From Octopus bimaculoides (lineage: Eukaryota): a stretch of 37,975 bases of DNA. Shown piece by piece: positions 9,761 through 19,599 of the stretch. Both the position numbers and the translations under genes were made by a program. How positions within the stretch are numbered: position 1 is the stretch's first letter; each line of letters opens with the position of its first letter. Below the pieces are notes generated by a model that saw only the letters and a list, made by a program, of their open reading frames with translations, ran no database searches and was not told the origin of the DNA. The stretch spans positions 87,557,136 through 87,595,110 of the forward strand of contig NC_068981.1 of assembly GCF_001194135.2 (NCBI RefSeq), read 5' to 3'.

Positions 9761-11220
9761 TTACTATGAGAGAGGTAAGACAGTGCATATTCTTGCGGAG
9801 AGATCTATGTAGCTACAGAGAAAAAAAGTAGTAGAAAAAAACGAGCAATAAGGGCCACAATATGTACATAATAGTAATAATGTGATTGGGTAGCCCCACA
9901 AGGAAGTAGGAGTAGTAAAGATGATACAGTTGCTAGAACCAGGAGAGGAGTGGTGTATAGTGAGTGCATGAGAGAAAGAAGTTATTGTAATGGGAGGAGA
10001 ACCCAAAATATATCACTTCCAGAACTCAGTTTTGCTGAGGATAGTGGGTCTTTTTGAGAACTTCATATCACTAGAGATCCCAGTCCTTTAGTATTTCATT
10101 TGTCAGGCTTAAGTTCATGAGGCCGCACACATATATATAACAAGTCAACTCAGTTCCACATCATTCAAAATTTCAAAGCCATAAATATGCATCTACATAT
10201 TCAGATGTTCAAAGTAAGGAAGATTTAAAGATAGCTTCTAGGTGAGAATATTTGGTGGAAAAGATTTTCATTGGTCAATTTATGTCATGTGGTTGGTTTA
10301 ATAACAAAGCAAAATCAGATAGTTTCATATAAGCTTCTACATGATAGCAGAGACAGCCTAATGGTGTCAGATAGTCAACAATCTGTAGAGTTTGGGAACT
10401 CAGCAATGTTAGCAAGGTTATGATGACAGGAGGAAGTTGTTTCATGTGAGAAACCAGTCTGGTAGTATCACTTTACAATTCAGTTTGTGTGTCATGCATA
10501 GTTGTATGGTATAATTTTAGCCTGATTCAAATAGGTCACTATGATGTCAAGCAGAAGGGAAATTATCTTACTATGGGCAGCCAGGGATAGAAATTATCTA
10601 TGAATCACTTGGGCTATGATTGTCTTTGTGTGGTGTCTGCATCCAATGGTTTGAAGTCCATTAACAGGATATATGTTTAGTGATAGCAGTAAAGTAGATC
10701 AGTTTTCCTGTTGATTGATATTACAGGGTATTGTAGTATATGCAATTTTACATGGTGACAGAGTTAGCTGTCAAAGTAGAGAAGGGTCCTATCAGTGAAA
10801 TTCCATGTAATGTTAGGAAAATCATTTCCACGATCCAGAAGTTTCTGATGAAGAGGACAGGGTGAGAGAGTTTTCCTGTCCTTATGCTTGTGTGCATATT
10901 CTGTGGAAATCTCTTGAAATGATTGGCTATTAAGTCTGTGTAGTGTTTTATGTTGGGTGAGGATGGTTCCTCAGACCAAAATCTTAGGGAGAGACAGGAT
11001 CCTTTCAGGGAACAATTGGTTGCAGTTTGGCAGGTACAGGTTGGTGTATGGAATGGAGTCTGAGATGGTGTGGATTTGTTTCAGTTGTAGCAAGTAGTAC
11101 TCCAGGATTACATTCTACAATAGAAGACCCCACATGAATAGCTAACCATAACATTATGGGCATTGATGAGTTTGTGATACTTATAGGTATTTGGGAAAAG
11201 CTGTTTAATTAGGGGTCAGG
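9760..11220 (-). mobile_element. Very degraded retroelement, possibly Penelope-like (RT/GIY-YIG)
   Basis: Scattered minus-strand peptide echoes (PHKDNH, KIISLLLDII, IKPT, CTYCG) resemble Penelope RT and endonuclease segments. No intact ORF. Confidence 0.35.
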
Positions 11221-11285
11221 GAGCTTCTGAATAGATGATCAAAATGCTAGAACACATTCACACACACACACACAAACACATAAAA

Positions 11286-11336
<51 letters not shown>

Positions 11337-11769
11337 AGCCCCTACACATATGTTCTTTAATTCTTGCATCAATACATGAACCCTTACCCTCTCCCCCACT
11401 ACATTCAACCATACATGCCTGAATCTATCTATATAGCTGTATGTAGTTCAAGTTTATACACACGACTATTTCATGTATATGTCTTATATCTTGTGCTTTT
11501 ATATCTTCTTATTGATTCACTAACTGATACCCATTATGTTGAAAACTATTTGTAGCAGCTATTAATGATTATTTGAAGTAGCCTACTTATAATTATCTGT
11601 TGATAATAAATGGTAGGATAAATAGCAAATCATTTGGTGTAATAAATCTGGCTATGTAAGACAAGTCCAAGAAACCACACAAATCTTCTTCCTTTCAGAC
11701 ACAGAAAACTGACACAAGTTTACCAAGGCACCCTACCCCAACTCTTCCTATCAGGTAGTACAAAACTTT

Positions 11770-12800
11770 AAAGCCTTGACTTTGGCACTATGAAAAATAA
11801 GTTTGGTGAGATTGTAGAAATGCTAAAGTGTAAACAGAAGGATGTGTGCTGTGTGCAAGAGTCAAAATGGAGTGGAACCTCAGTTAGGCTCTTTATGAGG
11901 AAGAAACAATATATTAATCCTTCGGAGTAGGTAAGAGCAACAGGTGGAATTGGTATTCCACTTGCAGAAAAATAGATTGATAGGTAACTGGGGTAGCCAG
12001 AGTGTGTGATAGAGTTATTAAACTTTGACTGGTCATTGGTAAAACAGTAACAATCTTCATATGCACCACACTCAGAGTTGCAGTATGTGCAGAAGAACTA
12101 TTTTTATGAAGTTCTTCTGCAGTCTACCTCAATAACTGATGACAGTGACTTCACTCTGAAAGCTGATAATTTTAATAGGTATGTCAGAAAACATCATAAT
12201 GTCTTCTTTGATGTGCATGGTGACTTTAGTGCTAAAAGATTGGAGGAGTAAGACTCCTGGAGTTCTATAAAACAAATGATCTGCAACATGAACTTCAGGA
12301 AATCACCCAGTCGTCACTTGGTAACTTACTAGTCAGATGAGCACTTGTGTTAAACAGATGTTATTCTCATCAGGAAATGGGATAGATGGATAATTGTAAC
12401 TACCAAATCTTTTGCAGATGAAGACTGTACTATCCAACATAAATTAGTGGTTAGTAACTTCAAAGTAAGAGATACTTCGACTCAGAGACAAAAGATGATA
12501 AGAAAACCTCGAAGTTGAAAGAACTCTCTATTAGTTGTAGATTCAGACAGATATTAACTGATCCTTATGATAATAGGAAAGAAGAAATAGGGAGTTATAA
12601 AGCAAAACTGGCAGTTCTTATTAGACAATTGACTGAGAACTACTGTAGCTAGTCTGTAACCAGTGTAAGGTCCCAGCCAAATGCAAGGGGATGTGGTGGT
12701 AGAACAATACTGCAGACAACACCAGCGTAGCAAGGAGATAAGCTTGAAAGGACTGGAAGAAAGGGACCAGCAGAGAAAAATACCAAATAGCTCAAAAAGA
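11770..12800 (+). mobile_element. Degraded RTE LINE, apurinic endonuclease region
   Basis: Broken frames GTMKNKFGEIVEML...DVCCVQESKWSG, a YAP-like motif, a GDFN-like motif and EDCTIQHKLVVSNF. Confidence 0.75.
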
Positions 12801-12826
12801 AGCAAATTGGTGTAATAGAAATCTAC

Positions 12827-12947
12827 CTTCTATCATTGACTGTAGTGATGCAACTACACGTCTTGTGTGTTCATTGTTTACATTGGGAACACCAGATATA
12901 ATTCTACCAATTCCTTTTCTGTAAACTGCACAGCCATTTTCATGATG
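12827..12947 (-). CDS. Candidate internal exon (HHENGCAVYRKGIGRIISGVPNVNNEHTRRVVASLQSMIE)
   Basis: Acceptor ctcttatAG, donor GAAG|gtagat. 121 nt open frame with protein-like composition, phase-compatible (phase 1) with the exon at 4916. Confidence 0.35.
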
Positions 12948-13001
12948 CTATAAGAGTCCTGTCTTTCAATAAACTAATCCTTTTATTTTTGCTGTATTTA
13001 C

Positions 13002-13102
13002 TTGAAAGCTCTTCAATTCCAGGTTTTGCTTCCATGTCCAAAAATTTCTGCTTCTATTATTTTCCGGACTCTTCCCAAAGCAGTTAGACTTAAATTCATC
13101 TG
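13002..13102 (-). CDS. Candidate internal exon of an uncharacterised minus-strand gene (DEFKSNCFGKSPENNRSRNFWTWKQNLELKSFQ)
   Basis: Acceptor ctcctccaaacatAG (NAGNAG), donor CAA|gtaaat (13001), open frame. No homology recognised. Confidence 0.25.
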
Positions 13103-13225
13103 CTATGTTTGGAGGAGTGTAATAGTTGTTTCAGTTATTTGACTGAGGCCATGCTGGGGCATCGCCATGAAGGGTTTTAGCTACACAAATCAATCCCAGG
13201 ACTTTTTTAAGCCTGACATTTATTC

Positions 13226-13632
13226 TGTAGTAACGCTGTGCGCATGCGTAGTCTCACGCATGCGTAGAATTAAACAACCAAGCGTTCCCACTCAATTCAT
13301 TCTCTTTCTTGCTGGCCAGCAATAGAGCATGGACGTGTCAAGCAGTGTCTCTGAGATTCCAACCCGGAGACAGTCTCTTTATGTGTATAGCTGTCACTCT
13401 CCATCTTTTGGACTTACACTCGACAGCTCGCTCACATCTACATAACAACGTCCCAACAACTATGCTCACACACATAGAAGCTGTAACAACAAGAGCCAAA
13501 GATGTATATATTTACCACCTAAATAAAGTGTTGTTTAAGTTGATAGTCTGGAGTTCAGCGTTCCGTTATATTCTTAATATTATATAGGAAAGTCAGGTAT
13601 ACATCTAATGATGTATAACCAACTTTCCTATA
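13226..13632 (+). repeat. 5' LTR (407 bp)
   Basis: Starts TGTAG, ends CTATA, contains AATAAA at 13522-13527. Differs from the 3' LTR by 4 substitutions and two 3-bp indels in my manual alignment. Confidence 0.95.
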
Positions 13633-13633
13633 C

Positions 13634-13652
13634 TGGTGACCCCCGACGTGAT
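13634..13652 (+). other. Primer-binding site complementary to the tRNA-Trp 3' end
   Basis: TGGTGACCCCCGACGTGAT versus the canonical tRNA-Trp PBS TGGTGACCCCGACGTGAT (one extra C). Lies 1 nt after the 5' LTR. Confidence 0.88.
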
Positions 13653-14290
13653 TCGATCACGCAGCCCGCTGAGCTGCAATAACCCACTTTCTTATAAAGT
13701 GGTGATTCGACGAAGAAACAAACGCAGCATGGACTCTGGACTACCAACTTATGGCTGGTGAACCCCGACTAAAGAACAAATACGGCCATGGAGACTGAAC
13801 TACGTATTACCAACACCAACAAGCACGTTTTTTTTTTTTTTTCTCGCCTCTGTTAGAGTGGATGTTTCCACTCACGATAAATAGACAAGAATTACAGCCT
13901 GCGACTTTCCAATTGTGTACTCAAAAAAAAAACTTGGTATAAAATTCTCGTGTACTGACTTTCTTTCTGCTGTGATATCTCACATGCATATAGACGGCCT
14001 GTTTTTTATTATGTTCTTATATGTTGCATTTCACACTCTCACATACACATACATCTTTTATGCCACACAATAACTCTTGTTATTCATTTCATACGGTTGT
14101 CTTTTCTATCGTCTCATTACTGGTATTTACGAAATCTATGTTACCGTAGTTTAACATAATTACTTGTATATCATCTTTGATATATATTTTGGTGTTCGAC
14201 CGTGTGACACGTTTAAATAAAAGGAGTCCTCTGTTTTTCCATTCATCACCATTTCTCCTTTTTGAGTTCGCACAGTCGTTTTTTTCATCT

Positions 14291-14917
14291 NNNNNNNNNN
14301 NNNNNNNNNNNNNNNNNNNNNNNNNNNNNNNNNNNNNNNNNNNNNNNNNNNNNNNNNNNNNNNNNNNNNNNNNNNNNNNNNNNNNNNNNNNNNNNNNNNN
14401 NNNNNNNNNNNNNNNNNNNNNNNNNNNNNNNNNNNNNNNNNNNNNNNNNNNNNNNNNNNNNNNNNNNNNNNNNNNNNNNNNNNNNNNNNNNNNNNNNNNN
14501 NNNNNNNNNNNNNNNNNNNNNNNNNNNNNNNNNNNNNNNNNNNNNNNNNNNNNNNNNNNNNNNNNNNNNNNNNNNNNNNNNNNNNNNNNNNNNNNNNNNN
14601 NNNNNNNNNNNNNNNNNNNNNNNNNNNNNNNNNNNNNNNNNNNNNNNNNNNNNNNNNNNNNNNNNNNNNNNNNNNNNNNNNNNNNNNNNNNNNNNNNNNN
14701 NNNNNNNNNNNNNNNNNNNNNNNNNNNNNNNNNNNNNNNNNNNNNNNNNNNNNNNNNNNNNNNNNNNNNNNNNNNNNNNNNNNNNNNNNNNNNNNNNNNN
14801 NNNNNNNNNNNNNNNNNNNNNNNNNNNNNNNNNNNNNNNNNNNNNNNNNNNNNNNNNNNNNNNNNNNNNNNNNNNNNNNNNNNNNNNNNNNNNNNNNNNN
14901 NNNNNNNNNNNNNNNNN
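14291..14917. other. Assembly gap inside the LTR element
   Basis: Run of N. Other gaps at 7523-8003 and 4407-4425. Confidence 1.
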
Positions 14918-15108
14918 GGTTGTTTTGTCATTGTCATTTCATTCGTAAATTGCATGCATGTATCTCACAAGTGTACATTCATTTCTTTGATTTTTCTTTG
15001 TGTGTGTTTTGTGCTACATCTTGTGGGTGGTTTTCAGTGGCCATCCTGCCTCAGGCGTTCTAACAGATTTAATATTATCGTGCGTTTCTCGCACTGGCAA
15101 GGGAGCCC

Positions 15109-15509
15109 TGTAGTAACGCCGTGCGCATGCGTAGTCTCACGCATGCGTAGAATTAAACAACCAAGCGTTCCCGCTCAATTCATTCTCTTTCTTGCTGGCC
15201 AGCAATAGAGCATGGACGTGTCAAGCAGTGTCTCTGAGATTCCAACCCGGAGACAGTCTCTTTACGTGTATAGCTGTCACTCTCCATCTTTTGGACTTAC
15301 ACTCGACAGCTTGCTCACATCTACATAACGTCCCAACAACTATGCTCACACACATAGAAGCTGTAACAAGAGCCAAAGATGTATATATTTACCACCTAAA
15401 TAAAGTGTTGTTTAAGTTGATAGTCTGGAGTTCAGCGTTCCGTTATATTCTTAATATTATATAGGAAAGTCAGGTATACATCTAATGATGTATAACCAAC
15501 TTTCCTATA
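15109..15509 (+). repeat. 3' LTR (401 bp)
   Basis: Direct repeat of 13226-13632. Confidence 0.95.
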
Positions 15510-16489
15510 ATTCTATCAGTATCTTTTACTGAACTGTTATGGGGAACATAAACACACTATTGCTGGTTGTCAAGTGATGGTGGGGGAACAAACACAAACA
15601 CACACACATAGATATACGTATATATATACATATATACGACAGGCTTCTTTCAGTTTCCATCAACCAAATCCACTCACAGGGTTTTGGTCGGCCTGAGACT
15701 ATGGAAGACACTTGCTCACGGTTCCACACAGTGGGACTGAATGGGGAACCATGTGGTTGGGAAGCAAGCTCCTCACCACACAGCCATGCCTGCACCCATG
15801 TATATATATTAATCTAATTTAATACATGTACGTATGTATTATTGATTATACATTCCCTCAAAACCTGTTGCTTTTAGCATATGTTAGAATCAGCATCACT
15901 ATCGTTATTAAATAGGCTTTAGTCAGTTGACACCTTTCATTTACAAAAGATATCTTTCATTCTACAGATATTAACTACAGTTAAAAAATAAGAAATGGGG
16001 GGAAAATAGCATCCAGCAAGATGTTAACAAGAAAGAGTCGTAAGTAAAAGCTTAGCAGCAAAAGTTTCATTTTCAAAGATACTATTTGGAGGAATTCTGC
16101 TTTAAGCACCATTTTCTGGTATTAAAAAAAAATTTTTTGCGAATTTGTAATCTATACACGGGAATTCATACGATTATTCAAAAAAAAAAGTCGTGCGTGA
16201 TTTAAAAGCTATTTAGCTGTTACTTTAAGCACATCGCACGACCACCTCATACCCTACTAGTTTGTCTGTCAGTCTGACGTATCGGTGATTTTAAAAATCT
16301 ATCTCCCCATAAACACATTTAATAGTCTATTGCTGGAATTTAAGCCAAAAATTCGGACTGTGATTTTTAAAATTTCATAGTCGTGTGAATTCCCATTTGT
16401 ACAATACAAATTCGCAAAAAAAATTTAGGAAAATTCAAAAAAATAATGAAGTTATGAGGGGTTATATGGCATGTTTAAACCACAATACC

Positions 16490-16790
16490 GTCTGCTATTT
16501 TCTATGCTTTCATGAGTCACAAAATTTGTTGAGGCAGATTTTATACTGTCATCTACCGTCCGCTTGATATCATGTGATGATTGTAAAAGAACATCACCAA
16601 CATACAAACGATGTTGTTCATTTCCAATCTTCCATAAAAAAAATATGTCTATCCATGGGAAGATATTACCTTGCTTGAAAATAGATGTGGGTTGGCGACA
16701 GAAAGCGCATCCAACTCTAGAAAATCTGTCTCAACAAATTCCTTTTGACCTATGCAAAGATGGAAAAGTGGACGTTGTGTGTGTGTGTGT
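16490..16790 (-). mobile_element. Interspersed repeat copy, paralogous to 31670-31870(+)
   Basis: Minus-strand ttgttgagacagattttcta...caagcaaggtaatat matches 31682-31756. Confidence 0.6.
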
Positions 16791-17107
16791 GTGTACATAA
16801 ATTGCCAGCTACCGTAGTTTCCTCAGACATAACCGTTTTATATAACAGGTCTTTGTTTATGTTAGAAACCAATGAGTGGTGGCTGTAATTGTTGTTTAAC
16901 TTATTTCAACCATGACCAATCAAACTTATGATCAAAGGCATTCCAGCCGTGACCATCCTCTCTTTTTTTCCAGTATACAGAGAATGAATTCAGGATCACT
17001 TTATAGACTATGTTCTTTTCTAAGAAACATAGGGTGTTGTTTGATGGAGATTTTGTTGCTATTTCAAGCAGACTGAGTGAGAGACGATCTAGTAGAGACA
17101 TGCTCAC

Positions 17108-17250
17108 CCTTTTCTGAGAAGCAGGCCGCACTACTAAAAAAAAATTTTAAGTAATTTTTCGTTAGGCAAGGCGTGTCACTCAGAAAGTCCCGTGGACCGC
17201 TGGTTACCCTTGTCTTATCTAGTCGCTCCCTCAATTGCTTTTATTCCGAG
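17108..17250 (-). promoter_or_regulatory. Candidate 5' UTR exon(s) of a divergent minus-strand gene
   Basis: Minus-strand donors AAGG|GTAACC (17207) and AAGG|GTGAGC (17107), acceptor tttttttttAG (17134), CpG-rich context. Confidence 0.3.
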
Positions 17251-17322
17251 TGATGATTTTAAATGCAAGTAGAAAGAATGCGAAGTGAATTATATTTTTA
17301 TGCCTTTTATACTTTCGACGAT

Positions 17323-17687
17323 GGAGGTGCAATGGCCCAGTGGTTAGGGCAGCGGACTCGCGGTTTCGATTCCCAGACCGGGCGTTGTGAGTGTTTATTG
17401 AGTGAAAACACCTAAAGCTCCACGAAGCTCCGGCAGGGGATAGTGGCGAACCCTGCTGTACTCTTTCGCCACAACTTTCTCTCACTCTTTCTTCCTGTTT
17501 CTGTTGTGCCTGTATTTCAAAGGGCCAGCCTTGTCACACTGTGTCACGCTGAATATCCCCGAGAACTACGTACACGTGTCTGTGGAGTGCTCAGCCACTT
17601 GCACGTTAATTTCACGAGCAGGCTGTTCCGTTGATCGGATCAACTGGAACCCTCGACGTCGTAAGCGACGGAATGCCAACAACAACA
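17323..17687 (+). mobile_element. tRNA-derived SINE (family B), young full copy
   Basis: tRNA-like head GGAGGTGCAATGGCCCAGTGGTTAGGGCAGCGGACTCGCGG...TTCGATTCC with A/B-box-like motifs, an (AAC)n tail and CpGs retained. A second copy lies at 35545-35828. Confidence 0.85.
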
Positions 17688-17719
17688 ACTTTCGGCGATA
17701 AAATGTACGAAGGGAAGTA

Positions 17720-17787
17720 ACTAAGAAAGTAGTTCTCCGGCAACCACTTCAGTACTTTTCGAGGACATCAGTACGCGCATTTTTAAG
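17720..17787 (+). promoter_or_regulatory. Candidate non-coding first exon of COQ10 in a CpG-retaining promoter-like region
   Basis: Strong donor TAAG|GTGAGC at 17788 in locally CpG-rich unique sequence. No in-frame ATG if spliced to 23323. The 5' boundary is approximate. Confidence 0.4.
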
Positions 17788-19599
17788 GTGAGCGTAAAAC
17801 TGTGTATTCTGCTATTTACATTAATGATTTTAATTATAACAAATTTCCTTCCATTCTTGTAACTTCTCATATGTTTAATTTTGAATGGTTTTCTGACATT
17901 CACCTTTTAAAGTGTCACTGATCGATCGATCAAGGCCATCAAATACCACATGTTTACATTAGATTTCCCATCGTCATGTTCTGCTTTTTGAACTTTCAAT
18001 GTCACTCTAATATTGGTATTATATTTTGGTTTTGACTTATTGTTTCAAATGTTTTTTGCATATAAATATAATGTCGGTGAATAAATATAAAGTTTAAGAA
18101 ATATACAGTGGGATGTGTGTGATATTCCATATATCCTACCTAAGTTAGATAATTTTGGTTAGATGCTTACTATGATAATATACAAGTAGAATATGTGAAG
18201 AGAGAACAAGTAAATCAATTCATATAAAACAAATTTAAATTTTATACGTATTTTGATTCTAAGATTCTTAACAAAATGTCGGTTTAGTTTACATTAAAAT
18301 TATAATTTTCCAAACAAGTATTTAAAGTACTTTTTAAGAAGTTAATTTATTTTGTTCTCTAAAAAATGCTTCAATAATTAAATTCCTCGTTGTTGATTAT
18401 TCCTTCATCGTCAATGGTAACCATTTAAATGATAAAAAGATAACCTTTTTGTGGTGTATCTTTCATATAACGGAACATATAAACTGACATATGCAGAATT
18501 CCTCGCACCAAGAAAGCGATATTTATTTTTGCTTATTTTGTTCTATCAGGGAATGACAGCATGAAAAGGTGTCATTTTTCTTTTTCCTGAGTGTCAACTC
18601 TGTCTCAAAACTTGTAATTTTTGAAATGACAGTTCTTGAAAGGGTGTGATATTAAACCATTTTCACCAACCTATCATTTGTCATCATTGCCAAATCACTG
18701 TTTGTGACCAATATCACTACAGCTTACTTTCGACACTTTCTTTGATTCTTATGGCATATATGGGATATGATTACGTTACGTAAGTAGTTTTGTTTACACA
18801 AGCTTTTAATAGTTTTTGTAAATTGTTTCCTCGCAATATATTCTTTCCATAATCAATATAAGCTAAATTTGGCGTCAATCTTAGTCACTTAAATTTATAA
18901 AAATTAGGATTTCTTTTGATTAAACATTTAATTAGTTAGCAAACATTTAATTAGTATCCTGTTCATTCCAATCTCCATTGTTTGCACGGTAACACCCGTG
19001 AAGACTGGATCAGCATACCTATACAATAGCGTCTTCGAAACTATTTGTTACTAAGTTTTAAGGATTTGCCTGTTAATTTCTCTCTAGACGTTATCTTTTT
19101 TTTATGAAAGCTTGATTCTTTTATTCGTCTGCAATTAAACGGTGTCAACCGACGAAAACCTGTTTAATAATGATGATAATGTTGATTTGTAACATATGTG
19201 GCAGGCAACAGGTTTTGGAGGAGGTTATAATCGATTATATACGCACATATGCACACTATCTTATCACTCCTATAAGGATGAAAGACTAAGGTTGACCTGG
19301 CTGAATTTGAACTTAGAACGTAAATGATTGTTAGTGAATTGGTCGTATGATACCACAAAACTGATTCCACTAGTAATAAACTCCCAAATTTACTCGGATT
19401 ATGTGTTTTAAACAGAAAACTTTCTACTTCGTTTGTTATTAAAAAATCTAATGAAAAGTTCTCTTTGATTCAATAGAAGGCCAATCTGTAACAATGTTAG
19501 GAACGTTAATTTCTTTGACAAAATATTTTACTGGTACTTATTTTATCAATTCCAGAAGAGAAAATCAGGTTTGATGGAGTTTAAGCTAAGTAAAATCGC

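Larger units (their letters stand above)
13226..15509 (+). mobile_element. Gypsy/Metaviridae-type LTR retroelement, compact and probably non-autonomous, with an internal assembly gap
   Basis: Two near-identical LTRs, 4-bp TSD ATTC (13222-13225 and 15510-15513), tRNA-Trp PBS at 13634, purine tract GGCAAGGGAG just before the 3' LTR. No ORF in the sequenced internal parts. Confidence 0.93.
13135..15800 (-). mobile_element. SINE-like family C copy split by the LTR element (13135-13225 plus 15514-15800)
   Basis: The flanks join into a sequence collinear with the uninterrupted copy at 30930-31270, which has a single ATTC at the insertion point (about 31020). Confidence 0.8.

Noticed and set aside
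13309-13587. Duplicated ~90-aa ORF (also 15192-15464)
   Set aside because: It lies inside the two LTRs, starts at a non-ATG codon (TTG) and resembles no gag or other domain.
15968-16039. Plus-strand exon-like segment (tctacAG ... GTC|gtaagt)
   Set aside because: Stops in all three frames and no partner exons.
16901-17131. 76-aa minus-strand ORF (MSLLDRLSLSLLE...)
   Set aside because: Its 3' third runs into what looks like a common repeat fragment (cattccagccgtgaccatcc), it has no strong phase-compatible donor, and a strong donor (GTGAGC) lies just before the ATG. It cannot be excluded as a first coding exon.
17323-17390. Possible tRNA gene
   Set aside because: The cloverleaf is incomplete (anticodon arm partly deleted) and the sequence continues into a SINE body found again at 35545-35828.
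18550-18779. Possible extra COQ10 5' UTR exon (tatcAG ... TAC|gtaagt)
   Set aside because: Only splice-like motifs in AT-rich DNA, with no independent support.
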